This document shows positions 37,730 to 48,092 of a stretch of DNA of 64,000 bases, piece after piece. Numbering within the stretch: position 1 is the stretch's first letter; every line of letters starts with the position of its first letter. Below the pieces are notes generated by a model that was not told the DNA's origin, did no database searches, and saw only the letters and a program-made list of their open reading frames with translations. The DNA comes from Dehalococcoidia bacterium (GTDB lineage Bacteria; Chloroflexota; Dehalococcoidia; Lucifugimonadales; Australimonadaceae). Where the stretch lies: assembly GCA_965201135.1 (NCBI GenBank), contig OZ241751.1, positions 771,663-835,662 of the forward strand, in the 5' to 3' direction. A program made the position numbers and the translations under genes.

Positions 37730-40700
37730 ATGACGATGCAGCCTTGGCTGACGCCCGCCAGACCCGGCGACGGGAGCGCCTTTATGCGCGACGTCGTCGC
37801 CTATGCGAACGCCGTCGCCGACAACTTCCGCCAGCGCGTCGCGGCGCAGCCGGAAGACCAACTCAAGGTGCCCGTCGGCGAGTTGCTCCAAGCGATGGGC
37901 CGCATTATGGGCCGGAGCGTCAACTACCGCACGGAGGTGCGCCCCGACGATCTGGAGGGCAGACCCGACATCGGCGTCACGGCGGACGGACTGCTAATCG
38001 GCCTCGTCGAACTGAAGGCGCCCGGCGTCGGGGCGCGCCCGGAGATGTTCAAGGGGCGCAACGCGGAGCAGTGGGAGCGGTTCAAGCGGTTCCCCAACCT
38101 CGTCTACACGGACGGCGCGGAGTGGAGCCTCTATCAGAACGGGGAACTCGCGAGTCGCGTCCGCATCAGCGAGGACGTGTCGCGCGGGGCGAGCGCCGTC
38201 GTTCCGGGCGAGCGCGGCGCGTTGGAGACGCTCTTTCGCGCATTCCTGGACTGGGGGCCGACGGCGCCCTCGACGGCGGAGGGGCTGGCGGCGTACCTCG
38301 CGCCGCTCACGCGCATCCTGCGCGACGAGGTGAGCGCGTCGCTCGCGCGCCTAAACAGCCCGTTGCGCGACCTCGCCAACGAGTGGGCCGACCTGCTGTT
38401 CCCCGAAGGCGGCGACGCGCAGTTCGCGGACGCCTACGCGCAGACGCTGACCTACGCGCTGCTGCTCGCCCGATTCGAGGGCGCGGAGCGGCTGACGCCC
38501 GCGTTCGCGTCCGAAGCCTTGCAGCGCAAGTACGGCTTGCTCTCCCGGGCGATCACCCTCATCGAGGACGCCACCGTCCGTGACGAAATCATTATGCCGA
38601 TTCAACTGCTGGAGCGCGCCATCGGGGCGGTGGACGCTCCGCGCTTGAACCGGCAGGGCGATCCGTGGATCTACTTCTACGAGCAGTTCTTGGGCGCCTA
38701 CGACCCCGAACTGCGGAACAGCAGAGGCGTCTACTACACGCCGGTAGAAGTTGTGCAGGCGCAAACGCGGCTCGCGTCGGAACTGCTCCTGACGAGGTTC
38801 GGCAAACTGAACTCTTTCGCGGACGAGAACGTCAACGTGCTGGACCCGGCGACGGGCACGGGCGCCTATCTCCTGAGCGTGCTCGACGTCGCCGCCGAAG
38901 TCGTGAGCAAGCGGTATGGACCAGGCATTATTCCCGAACTCCTCTATAAGTTGACGCAGCGGCTCTTCGGTTTCGAGATTCTGGTCGGCCCTTACGCCGT
39001 CGCGCACTTGCGCGTCACCCAGCGCCTGCGCGAGGCCAGCGTGGATGACGCGCCCCGAATCTACCTCACTGACACGCTGGAGTCGCCGCACCACCCTCCT
39101 GAGTTGCACGGGAGGATGCGGAACGAGATCAATATGGAGCGCGAGCGGGCGCAAGGCGTGAAACAGAACACGCGCGTCTTCGTTTGCATCGGCAATCCGC
39201 CCTATGACCGCGAGAACCGGAACCCCGCCGAGAACGACCGCGGCAAACGCAAAGGCGGCTGGGTGCGCTACGGGAACGGCGCCGCCAACGGGAAGAAGAA
39301 CGGCAACGGCAATGGGAACGGCGCCAACGGCGGCATGCCGATCCTCGAGGATTTCCTCGCGCCCGTGCGGGCGGCAGGCGGCGGCGTCCACCTCGTGAAC
39401 CTCTACAACGACTACGTCTACTTCTGGCGGTGGGCGCTGTGGAAGGTGTTCGAGGGGGTCGGCGGCGAGGACGGCGGCATCGTGTCGTTCATTACCGCGT
39501 CGTCTTATCTGCGGGGCCCCGGCTTCGCCGGCATGCGCCGCAAGATGCGCGAGGCGTTCGACGAGATGTGGATCATCGACCTTGAAGGGGACAACCTGGG
39601 CCCGCGAAAGACGGAGAATGTGTTCGCCATCCAAACGCCGGTGGCCATCGCCATAGGCGTCCGCGACGGGGCGCCGAATCCCGGCGAGCCGGCCAAAGTC
39701 TGGAAGGTGCGGCTCTCGGGGAGCGCGAAAGAGAAACTCGCCCGCCTCAATGAGATGCGGTCGTTCGCAAACGCGCAGTGGCAACCCTGCTCCAGTGAGT
39801 GGGACGCTCCTTTCTACCCGGCCGGGGAAGGCGGATACTTCGACTGGCCGAAAGCGACCGACCTGTTCCCGTGGCAAAGCGCGGGAGTCACATTTTCGCG
39901 GACGTGGCCCATCGGCGCGGCTCCTGACGCGCTGGAGGCGCGTTGGCGGAATTTGCTCTCGCGCCCCCGAAGCAGACGCGCCGACGCGTTCAGGGAGTCG
40001 CGTGACCGCAAGGTCGGCGATCAGTATCCGCCGCTGACCGTCGACGGGGAGCGGGAGCCGGCCATAGCCGACCTCCCCGCCGACGCGCCGGCGCCGCCCA
40101 TCGCGCGCTACGCCTACAGGTCGTTCGACCGCCAGTGGATCTTGGCCGACTCGCGCTTAGGGGATACGATGAGGCCGGAATTGTGGCGGGCGCACGGGCC
40201 GAAGCAGGTCTATCTGACGAGTTTGCTCACCAGCGTGCTCGGCGAGGGCCCCGCCGCAACCGCGTCCGCCGAGATTCCTGACCGCCATCACTTCCGCGGC
40301 TCATTCGGCGCGAAGGACGTCGTTCCGCTGTGGAGGGACGCGGAGGGAACGGAGCCGAATGTCGCCGGCGGATTGCTGGAGCGCTTGGGCGAGGAGCACG
40401 GCGCGGAGGTTCCACCGGAGCGCTTGTTCGCCTACGCCTACGGCGTTCTCGCGCAGCCCGCCTACGTCAAGCGGTTCTGGGAAGAGTTGGAGTTGCCCCC
40501 ATTGCGTCTGCCGATCACGAAGGACGCCGCGCTGTTCGCCCGCGCCGCCGACTTGGGCGCGCGCCTGCTGGGCGTCCACGCCTACGGCGAGCGCTACGGC
40601 GAGGGCGCTGCGAACGGCGCGGCGCAGTGCGCGAAGCAGCCGACGGCCTACCCTGCCGGACACTCCTACGATCCGCGAACGCGGACGCTGCGCGTCGGGG

Positions 40701-41032
40701 ACGGCGAGTTCTCGCCGGTTTCGCCGGAGGTTTGGAACTACGCCGTGTCGGGGATGCCGGTCGTGAAATCGTGGTTGGACCGGCGCAAGCGGGAACGGAG
40801 CGGGCGGAAGTCGTCGCCTCTGGACGAGATCGGCCCAAAGCGGTGGGATTTCACGCAGGAGTTGCTGGCGTTGCTCTGGGCTCTGGAGGCGACGGTTGCG
40901 CTGCAGCCGGAGGGCGCGGCGCTGCTGGAGGAGATCTGCGCGGGCCCGCTGTTCGCGGCGTCGGAGTTGCCGTCGCCGTCGGCTGCGGAGCGCCGCCCGC
41001 CCGACGTCAACGCCGCGCAAGCGGCGTTCTGA
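37730..41032 (+). CDS. single-polypeptide restriction-modification enzyme (nuclease + N6-adenine MTase + Type ISP-like TRD, no helicase)
   Basis: PDIG...VELKAP nuclease motif, RGVYYTP, VLDPATGTGAYL, IGNPPY, RYAYRSFDRQW, VKSWLDRR. Confidence 0.9.
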   Translation: MTMQPWLTPARPGDGSAFMRDVVAYANAVADNFRQRVAAQPEDQLKVPVGELLQAMGRIMGRSVNYRTEVRPDDLEGRPDIGVTADGLLIGLVELKAPGVGARPEMFKGRNAEQWERFKRFPNLVYTDGAEWSLYQNGELASRVRISEDVSRGASAVVPGERGALETLFRAFLDWGPTAPSTAEGLAAYLAPLTRILRDEVSASLARLNSPLRDLANEWADLLFPEGGDAQFADAYAQTLTYALLLARFEGAERLTPAFASEALQRKYGLLSRAITLIEDATVRDEIIMPIQLLERAIGAVDAPRLNRQGDPWIYFYEQFLGAYDPELRNSRGVYYTPVEVVQAQTRLASELLLTRFGKLNSFADENVNVLDPATGTGAYLLSVLDVAAEVVSKRYGPGIIPELLYKLTQRLFGFEILVGPYAVAHLRVTQRLREASVDDAPRIYLTDTLESPHHPPELHGRMRNEINMERERAQGVKQNTRVFVCIGNPPYDRENRNPAENDRGKRKGGWVRYGNGAANGKKNGNGNGNGANGGMPILEDFLAPVRAAGGGVHLVNLYNDYVYFWRWALWKVFEGVGGEDGGIVSFITASSYLRGPGFAGMRRKMREAFDEMWIIDLEGDNLGPRKTENVFAIQTPVAIAIGVRDGAPNPGEPAKVWKVRLSGSAKEKLARLNEMRSFANAQWQPCSSEWDAPFYPAGEGGYFDWPKATDLFPWQSAGVTFSRTWPIGAAPDALEARWRNLLSRPRSRRADAFRESRDRKVGDQYPPLTVDGEREPAIADLPADAPAPPIARYAYRSFDRQWILADSRLGDTMRPELWRAHGPKQVYLTSLLTSVLGEGPAATASAEIPDRHHFRGSFGAKDVVPLWRDAEGTEPNVAGGLLERLGEEHGAEVPPERLFAYAYGVLAQPAYVKRFWEELELPPLRLPITKDAALFARAADLGARLLGVHAYGERYGEGAANGAAQCAKQPTAYPAGHSYDPRTRTLRVGDGEFSPVSPEVWNYAVSGMPVVKSWLDRRKRERSGRKSSPLDEIGPKRWDFTQELLALLWALEATVALQPEGAALLEEICAGPLFAASELPSPSAAERRPPDVNAAQAAF

Positions 41033-41055
41033 GTGGGGGGGCGCCCGGCGGCGCC

Positions 41056-41210
41056 CCGACCGCAGTACCCTCTCCCGCCGCGTTCGCGGCGTCCTCTCCC
41101 CTTATAGGGAGAGGGGGAATTCGGCGCTTGCGCGCCGTCTTGGGGCGGGATTCCCGCCTACGGGGGAATGACGGTAGGGGGTAGGTTCCCGCCTACGCGG
41201 GAATGACGGC
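41056..41210. repeat. REP-like palindromic repeat cluster
   Basis: Same modules. Confidence 0.85.
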
Positions 41211-41299
41211 TTAGGGAGGGCGGCGTTGCCCTTCGGCGGGTAGGGTAGGGCGCGTTAGCAGATGATGGCGAGCCAGTAGTAGAAGGCAATCGCGCCCGC

Positions 41300-41968
41300 T
41301 TAGCGCGGCGCCAGCATCTCGTCCAGCGCTTGACGTTCGGCCCGCGTGAACGATAGGCCGTGCTTCTCCTTCACCGCGATCCATTGCTCCGCGTACTGCC
41401 GCCACGACGCCCGGAGCGGAGGGCGCCACTCGCTGGGGCCTCGCGCTCCCTTCTCCAAGTTCGTCCCCGCGCCGATGGCGTTGAGGTTGTCGAGGTCGTT
41501 GAAAAAGCGCGCCCGCCGCGCGGCGTCCCAGCCGCCGCCGCCCGATACGTGGGCGTTGCGGAGCGAAACGTGGTGGTCTATGTGCAGCGCGCCGGCGGAG
41601 AGGAACCGCTCGCCCGTCCAGACGTCCGCCCACAGTCCGCTGACGACGCGGCAATCGTCGAGGCCGACCTCGACGAGGCTCTCGATGATGAGCGTCTCGG
41701 CGCGGGTGTCTTGGCAATCGCCGTCCGCGTCGGCCCAGCCGTCGTCCCAATCGTCGCGGTCGTAGGGCGGCGTCGGCGTGGGCGTCGCGGCGGGAGGCGC
41801 GGGCGCCGGAGCGGGAACGGCGGCGGACGGCGACGGCTCGGGGTCGCCGGCGCACGCCGTCAGCGCCGCTAGGAGCGCGGCGAGCGCGGCGGCCAAGCGG
41901 GGCCGCGCCCGCGCAAGGCGCGCCACGCGATAGGCGCCAGGCGAGGCGAATGTTCCGCGCTGTTCCAT
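41300..41968 (-). CDS. exported HNH-family (DUF1524-like) nuclease lipoprotein
   Basis: Lipobox LTAC; YDRDDW, DCQDTR, HIDHHV, FFNDLDNL, NLEKG, EWRPP. Start codon uncertain. Confidence 0.8.
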   Translation of the reverse strand: MEQRGTFASPGAYRVARLARARPRLAAALAALLAALTACAGDPEPSPSAAVPAPAPAPPAATPTPTPPYDRDDWDDGWADADGDCQDTRAETLIIESLVEVGLDDCRVVSGLWADVWTGERFLSAGALHIDHHVSLRNAHVSGGGGWDAARRARFFNDLDNLNAIGAGTNLEKGARGPSEWRPPLRASWRQYAEQWIAVKEKHGLSFTRAERQALDEMLAPR

Positions 41969-42064
41969 AGCCCATAGGCTAGAGGACGCCCTACGGATGG
42001 ACGCAAGGGGCAAGTGTCATCGCAACTTGCGCCGCCGAAGACGGGGCTAGCGCATCCCACGGCG

Positions 42065-42362
42065 CCGTCATTCCTGCGTAGGCAGGAATCCCCCTCTCCC
42101 TATAGAGACCTTTGCATAACTCAGTTCCAGCCTGCAATTCCTCTTAATGTTAGGAGTAAATTGAGGCGCCCCGGCTCTGTGGCGAGGGGTTATGCAAAGG
42201 ACTCCTATAAGGGGAGAGGACGCCGCGAACGCGGCGGGAGAGGGTGCTGCGGACGGGGCGCGTCGCGCCCCGTCTCCCGAATCCCCCGGGTCCACGTCAT
42301 TCCCGCGAAAGCGGAACCTACCCCACGCGTCGCGCCATGCCCGCGAAAGCGCGGACCTACCC
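42065..42362. repeat. REP-like repeat cluster containing a MITE
   Basis: Same modules. Confidence 0.85.
42105..42204. mobile_element. 100-bp MITE with IS5-type ends
   Basis: GAGACCTTTGCATAAC...GTTATGCAAAGGACTC, TSD CTATA. Confidence 0.92.
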
Positions 42363-42471
42363 CCTCCCAACTCCCCCAAACCGCCCGCCGCCGGATCGCG
42401 TACAATCCCGAGCCGACCTAGAATGCCGCGGCGCCGGTCGCGCAACCAAACCCACGAGCAAGAGAGGCGTT

Positions 42472-43146
42472 ATGGCAGGCCACCTCGACCCCAACGACCC
42501 CGTAGTGCAGGCGTTCGCCACACTGGGCACGACCCCCGTCAGCGACGCGATGGACAGGCTCGGACTGGCGGGCCAAGCCTTCGGCATCAAGCCCGTCGAC
42601 CGCGAATTCACGCTCTGCGGGCGCGCCCACACCGTCCGCAACGAGCCGATGACCGCCGGCCACAAGGGCGAGAGCGTCGGCGACTACATCGACGAGGTCG
42701 CGCCGGGCGGCGTCGTCGTCATCGACAACGGCGGGCGCCTCGACGCCACCGTCTGGGGCGACATCCTCACGATAATGGCCGACCGCAACAACCTCGGCGG
42801 CACCGTCATCCACGGCGTCTGCCGCGACTCCAACCGCGCCCTCAAACTCAACTACCCCATCTTCTCCCGCGGCACCTATATGCGAACCGGCAAAGACCGC
42901 GTCCGCGCCGACGCCTACCAGGAGCCCGTCTCCCTCGGCGACGTCCGCGTTCTCCCCGGCGACCTCCTCCTCGGCGACGGCGACGGCGTCCTCGTCATCG
43001 CGCAGGAGCACGAGCAGGCCGTCCTCCAAGCCGCGCAAGAGATCGACGCCGCCGAAGAGCGCATCCGCAACGAGATAATGAAGGGCGGGCGCCTCGACGC
43101 AGCCCGCGAAAAGTTCAAGTACCACTCCCTCCAAAGCCGCGCGTAA
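42472..43146 (+). CDS. RraA family / HMG aldolase-like protein
   Basis: VSDAMD, GRAHTV, VWGDIL, GVCRD, PGDLLLGDGDGVLVI. Confidence 0.92.
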   Translation: MAGHLDPNDPVVQAFATLGTTPVSDAMDRLGLAGQAFGIKPVDREFTLCGRAHTVRNEPMTAGHKGESVGDYIDEVAPGGVVVIDNGGRLDATVWGDILTIMADRNNLGGTVIHGVCRDSNRALKLNYPIFSRGTYMRTGKDRVRADAYQEPVSLGDVRVLPGDLLLGDGDGVLVIAQEHEQAVLQAAQEIDAAEERIRNEIMKGGRLDAAREKFKYHSLQSRA

Positions 43147-43149
43147 TCT

Positions 43150-43336
43150 GGCCCCCTCTAACGGGAGAGTATGCCGCGAACGCGGCGGGAGAGGGCGCTG
43201 CGGACGAGCGCGATGAGCGGTCGTCATTCCTGCGTAGGCAGGAATCCATTCGGCGCCCTAGCGCCGCAGACGGGGCAAAGCCCCGTCTCTATGGATCTCC
43301 CGCCGCATCGTCATTCCCGCGAAAGCGGGAACCTAC
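43150..43336. repeat. REP-like palindromic repeat cluster
   Basis: Same modules, between convergent genes. Confidence 0.8.
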
Positions 43337-43457
43337 ACATCCCTGTCCCGCCCTGCCCGCAAAAGCCCCTCCCCGTGCGACAACTCCCCCTTGCGCCGCC
43401 CGCCCTGTCTCCCTATTCTCCCAGGCCCCGTCATGGCGCTATGCCCCCTCTCCCCTC

Positions 43458-44558
43458 CTACGCCGGAGCCGCGGCGCCCGCTGGACGCCCGCGCTTCGCT
43501 TCTATGCTCTCCAGCGCCTTCCGGTAGGACGCCGCGAACGCATCCACCCCGTCCGCCAGCAGTTTGTCGGTGACGGCGCCAATGTCCACGCCTGCGTCCG
43601 CGAGCGCGGCGAGCGCCTCCCGCGGGTCTCCGCCCGCGTCCACGGTTCGCGCCGAAACGCCGTGGTCCAGCGTCGCCTCCAGCGTCTCCGGCGGCATCGT
43701 GTTCACGGTGTCCGGCCCGATTAGGCCGTCCACGTAGAGCGTGTCGGGATAGGCCGGATTCTTGACGCTCGTGCTCGCCCACAGAGGCCGCTGCGGACGC
43801 GCCCCGCGCGCCTGCAGCGCCGCGAAATCGGCCTGCGCGAACCGCTCGCGGAACAGCGCGTAGGCCGCCCGCGCGTTGGCGACCGCCGCCGTCCCCCGCA
43901 GCGGCGACTCCTCGCCCAGCGCGGCGTCCACCGCCGTGTCCACGCGGCTCACGAAAAACGAGGCGACCGACGCCGCCCTGTCGAGCGCCGCGCCGCGCGC
44001 CGCGAGCGTCCGCAGCCCCTCGACGTAGGCGTCCATCACCCGCTCGTAGGCGTCCAGCGCGAAAATCAGCGTGACGTTGACGTTCAGCCCCTCGCCGATG
44101 AGTTCCGCGACCGCCGGAATCCCTTGCGGCGTCGCCGGAACCTTGATCATCAGATTCGGCTCGCCGACCGCCGCCCAGAGACGCCGCGCCTCGCGGACCG
44201 TGCGCTCCGCGTCGTAGGCGAGCGCGGGAGAGACCTCCAGCGAAACGTAGCCGTCGCGTCCGAGCGTTTCGTCGTAGACGGGGCGAAGCGCGTGCGCGGC
44301 GTCTTTCACGTCGGCGACGGCGAGCGCCTCGAAAACGCGCTCGGAGTCGCTTTCGCGCTCGGCGAGCGCCGCCAGCGCCGAATCGTAGGCGCCGCTCCCC
44401 GAAATCGCCTTCTCGAAGATCGTCGGATTCGACGTCAGCCCCGTCACGCCCGCGTTCACGAGCCGCTCGATCTCGCCGCCCGTCAGCATCTCCCGGTGGA
44501 TGTAGTCAATCCACGTCGACTGCCCGAGCGCCAGGTTTCGGCGAACGGCGTTATCCAT
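43458..44558 (-). CDS. tal: transaldolase
   Basis: GLTSNPTIFEKAI, GYVSLEVSP, NLMIKVPAT, ASFFVSRVD, LWASTSVKNP. Confidence 0.96.
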   Translation of the reverse strand: MDNAVRRNLALGQSTWIDYIHREMLTGGEIERLVNAGVTGLTSNPTIFEKAISGSGAYDSALAALAERESDSERVFEALAVADVKDAAHALRPVYDETLGRDGYVSLEVSPALAYDAERTVREARRLWAAVGEPNLMIKVPATPQGIPAVAELIGEGLNVNVTLIFALDAYERVMDAYVEGLRTLAARGAALDRAASVASFFVSRVDTAVDAALGEESPLRGTAAVANARAAYALFRERFAQADFAALQARGARPQRPLWASTSVKNPAYPDTLYVDGLIGPDTVNTMPPETLEATLDHGVSARTVDAGGDPREALAALADAGVDIGAVTDKLLADGVDAFAASYRKALESIEAKRGRPAGAAAPA

Positions 44559-45039
44559 GATGAGCCTCCCGCGCCGTCTCCGCGCCCGCGTTGGCGGACG
44601 CCTCCAGCGCCTGCACTTTCGCCAGCCTGCGCCGGTGGCGCTCCTCGCCCGTGAAACGGGCGTTGACGAACGCCGCGAGCGCCTCCCGCGCCGTCTCCGG
44701 CCCCACGACGCGCCCGCCGATGCACAGCACGTTCATATCGTCGTGCTCGACGCCCTGCCGCGCCGAGTACGTGTCGTGGCACATCGCCGCCCGCGCCCCC
44801 GCGACCTTGTTCGCTGCGACGCTCGCCCCGACGCCGCTCCCGCAGAAGACAACGCCGCGCTCAGCCGTTCCGTCGGCCACGGCTCGCGCCACGGCCGCCG
44901 CGAAGTCGGGGTAGTCGTCGTCGGGATCGTAGGCGAGCGCACCCATATCGAGCGCGTCGTGGCCCCACTCGCGCAGAAGCCGGGCGGCCGCGCCCTTCAA
45001 CTCGAACCCCGCGTGATCCGCTCCTATCGCGATTCGCAA
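44551..45039 (-). CDS. rpiB: ribose 5-phosphate isomerase B
   Basis: IGADHAGFELK, DYPDFA, CGSGVGASVAANK, RHRRRL; TTG start. Confidence 0.95.
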   Translation of the reverse strand: MRIAIGADHAGFELKGAAARLLREWGHDALDMGALAYDPDDDYPDFAAAVARAVADGTAERGVVFCGSGVGASVAANKVAGARAAMCHDTYSARQGVEHDDMNVLCIGGRVVGPETAREALAAFVNARFTGEERHRRRLAKVQALEASANAGAETAREAHHG

Positions 45040-45119
45040 CGCTCGTCCTCTCTACGGAGACCTTGCATATTCTAACGCGCCCGCCTCCGGCGCCCTCGCC
45101 TACTACGTTGCGGCGCCGG

Positions 45120-45525
45120 CCCCCCCTCTCCCTACAAGGGGAGAGGACGCCGCGAACACGGCGGGAGAGGGTACTGCAGTCAGGCGGGCGCAACGCGCAT
45201 CGTCATTCCCTACCCTAAACCGTCATTCCCACGTAGGCGGGAATCCATTCGGCGCGCAAGCGCCACAGACGGGGCGCAAGCCCTGTCTCCCCCTCATCCC
45301 CAGGCGCATCGTCATTCCCGCAAAAGCGGGAACCTACTGGCGCATCGTCATTCCCGCAAAAGCGGGAATGACGCCCCATTGAGACGCGCAAGCGCCGAAT
45401 TCCCCCTCTCCCTATAAGGGGAGAGGACGCCGCGAACGCGGCGGGAGAGGGTACTGCAGTTAGGCGGGCGCAACGCGCATCGTCATTCCCTACCCTAACC
45501 GTCATTCCCGCGTAGGCGGGAATCC
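45120..45525. repeat. REP-like palindromic repeat cluster
   Basis: Same modules, with internal duplications. Confidence 0.88.
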
Positions 45526-45543
45526 CGCATCCGGAGATTCGCG

Positions 45544-45805
45544 GTCTCCAACGGAAGCCTTGCTTAACCCCCCCCCCCCCCCCCCCCCGCGCCGACTCAA
45601 GCGCAGGCGCTTCTTGAGTCTCGTACCAGGGCGAGTCATCGAGGTCAATAGGGTGTTCGGGGAACTGCTCGTTCCACAGCGCGGAGCGCTCGCGCCAGAG
45701 CGCCGTTTCCATCCGCGCCCAAAGCGCGGTGAGTTCAGCCAACTCCCGGCCGAAATCCACGACGGTAACGGACGACGACAGGATAGACGACTGCCCGTTG
45801 CTCAT
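45544..45805 (-). CDS. hypothetical protein containing a G21 tract; 3' end uncertain (frame runs into repeats)
   Basis: MSNGQSSIL... start overlaps the upstream stop (ATGA). Confidence 0.4.
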
Positions 45806-46041
45806 CGGCTTACGACGAGTGTGTGGCTGCTCTCCGCGCACCTCGCCATCATCAGGCTGCCGTAGATGATCTGCGCGTTGACGAACCGTCGCTCGCTGCC
45901 CGACTCGCGGGCGGCCAGAACCTCCCTCGCCCACTCCTGCAAGGGACTTCCGCCTTTTTTCGGGGCGACGGCTTCCGCCGACTCCACGATAAAGGGCATT
46001 CTGCCCATCAGAGACGTTGCGGAGGAGCGTTCGCCGACCAT
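45802..46041 (-). CDS. hypothetical protein (79 aa)
   Basis: GGAGG RBS, MVGERSS...; ATGA coupling to the next ORF. Confidence 0.45.
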   Translation of the reverse strand: MVGERSSATSLMGRMPFIVESAEAVAPKKGGSPLQEWAREVLAARESGSERRFVNAQIIYGSLMMARCAESSHTLVVSR

Positions 46042-46082
46042 TCGTTCGCCTCCATCGGCCCGGTCGCTAAGCCAACCCCTAT

Positions 46083-46295
46083 GCCCGCGCAAGCGCCGAA
46101 TTCCCCCTCTCCCTACAAGGGGAGAGGACGCCGCGAACGCGGCGGGAGAGGGTACTGCAGTCAGGGCGAGCGCAACGCGCATCGCCATTCCCTACCCTAA
46201 TCGTCATTCCGGCGTAGGCCGGAATCCAGAGGCGCGCAAGCGCCGAACCCCTACTCCCTACAAGGGGAGAGTACGCCGCAACGCGGCGAGAGGGG
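46083..46295. repeat. REP-like palindromic repeat cluster
   Basis: Same modules. Confidence 0.8.
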
Positions 46296-46388
46296 ACGCT
46301 GGAGGCGGGCGCGGATATCCGCGCCCTTAGCCATCCGTTGCGGCGCGAAGAGAGGAGAGGCGATGCGCGGTTTTGGGCGTCGAGGCCG

Positions 46389-46691
46389 CTACTCGGCCTC
46401 GACTTCGGCCTTCGGGCGCCGGCCGCGCCGCCTGCCGTTCGACGTCCAGAAGAAGACGGTGTCCCCGCTGCGCTTGACCTCGAGGCTCGTCCCGAGCGCC
46501 TCCGCGGCGAGCGCGAGACGGCGCCGAATCGCCTGCGTCGTCTCCCCTTCTCCCGCCTCCAGAACGCCGGCCTCGCCCGACGCCCGCTGGATGTACTGGA
46601 TGTACTCCTGCAGCAGCGCCGCCCGCTTTCCGGTCGCGCTCTTCGCCCGAGCCTCGCTTATCGGAACCGTGCTAAACCTCGGCATTCTCAT
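46389..46691 (-). CDS. small basic hypothetical protein, possibly DNA-binding
   Basis: GAGG RBS; AIRRRLALAA helix, VFFW, RRRGRRPK tail. Confidence 0.7.
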   Translation of the reverse strand: MRMPRFSTVPISEARAKSATGKRAALLQEYIQYIQRASGEAGVLEAGEGETTQAIRRRLALAAEALGTSLEVKRSGDTVFFWTSNGRRRGRRPKAEVEAE

Positions 46692-47222
46692 ACCTCGCGC
46701 AAGGACGCTTGATTGGCCTAGCCGCGTCCTGCGGCGCGCATTCTAAACGCAATTCCCCTCGTTGTCTATACCCCGTTCCAAAATAGGCCGTTCCGGGCGC
46801 GATAGGCGCGAATTTCGAGCCCCTTAGATACGCATTCGCGCGCCAAGTTCGCGCATGCCTACGCTCCATAACCGCCCCGACCGCGACGGCGGGAATCGCC
46901 GTAAGCGGCAAGCGCCGCGCTGCCACGGGCGTTCTGGTGAGCGCGTGAATCGTCCAATTGATCGCGTCCCGCGCATTCCGTTCGCGCTGCGGAATTGCGC
47001 GTCATCGAGTAAGAAAGCGCGGAGCGCGGCGGCATGCGCCGCGCTTGATGCGGACGCGCCGGCTATGGAATCGGCAAGCCGCGCGTAGGCGACCGGAGCG
47101 AAAGCGGCGCGCCCAAATTCGCCTGATTCGCCCGATGTTGACGAGCGATCGAGGCGCGCCGCGCCCCCGAATTCGCCCAAAGCGCCCTATACTCAAGCGA
47201 ATCCCACGCGCAGGAAGCCCCG

Positions 47223-48011
47223 ATGCAATTGCCCCCCATCGTAGACGCGCACCACCAACTCGGCGGGGCCGACGCCCCCATTGACGCGCTGGCGCAGTTG
47301 CTCGAGGAGAACGGCGTCGAGCGAACCGTCCTCGTCCAACCCGAGCCGTCGGAAGAGGCGTCACGCGCCGCTCTGAAAGCCGCCGAATCCGCCGATTTCG
47401 TCGCCGCGGCCGTCGTCTGGGCCGACGTCGAGTCGCCCGGCATTGACGGAACGCTGCGCCGGCTCGCCCGCGTCCGCAAACTGCGCGGCCTCTGCCTGCC
47501 CGCGCATCTGCAGGAGGACAACCACTGGCTCACGCGCCCCGGCGTTCTGCGCGGCCTCCGCGCCGCGGCCAAGCGCGGCCTCATCCTTGACGTCATGGTC
47601 GAGCCCCGGCAGTTGCCGTCCGTCCGCGCCCTCGCCCAGGAGATTCCCGACCTCCCCATCGCCGTCGCCAACCTCGGCTCTCCGTTCATCGGACGCGGCG
47701 AGCGCGAGCCCTGGGGCGTTTATATGCTCCGCCTCGCTCCGATGCCGAACGTTCGCGTCAAGATCAGCGGCCTCGTCTCTCTCGACGCCGAGCCGTGGAG
47801 CGCCGCCCGCATTCAGCGATTCGTCGAGCCCGTCGTCCGGCTCTTCGGCAGCCGCCGCGTAATGTTCGGCAGCGACTGGCCGCGCCACGCCGGCCGGGCG
47901 CCTTACGACCAGGTCGTCCGCGTCGCCGTCGAAACCGCAGGCCCGATGACCGCGCCCCAACTCGCCGACCTCTTCGCCGCGACCGCCTCCGCCTTCTACC
48001 GCCTGCCCTAA
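47223..48011 (+). CDS. amidohydrolase_2 family protein
   Basis: IVDAHHQ, TVLVQ, NVRVKISGL, FGSRRVMFGSDWP. Confidence 0.88.
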   Translation: MQLPPIVDAHHQLGGADAPIDALAQLLEENGVERTVLVQPEPSEEASRAALKAAESADFVAAAVVWADVESPGIDGTLRRLARVRKLRGLCLPAHLQEDNHWLTRPGVLRGLRAAAKRGLILDVMVEPRQLPSVRALAQEIPDLPIAVANLGSPFIGRGEREPWGVYMLRLAPMPNVRVKISGLVSLDAEPWSAARIQRFVEPVVRLFGSRRVMFGSDWPRHAGRAPYDQVVRVAVETAGPMTAPQLADLFAATASAFYRLP

Positions 48012-48092
48012 CCTCTTCGTCCCCTGCCCTATGCGTCCCGCAATCCGCCGCCCAAATCGCCTGCCCGCGCAGGCGGAAATACGGAGGATCCA

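Noticed and set aside
41300..41968. HNH gene as a partner of the adjacent R-M enzyme
   Set aside because: It is convergent, separated by repeats and carries a lipoprotein signal, so it is more likely an exported nuclease.
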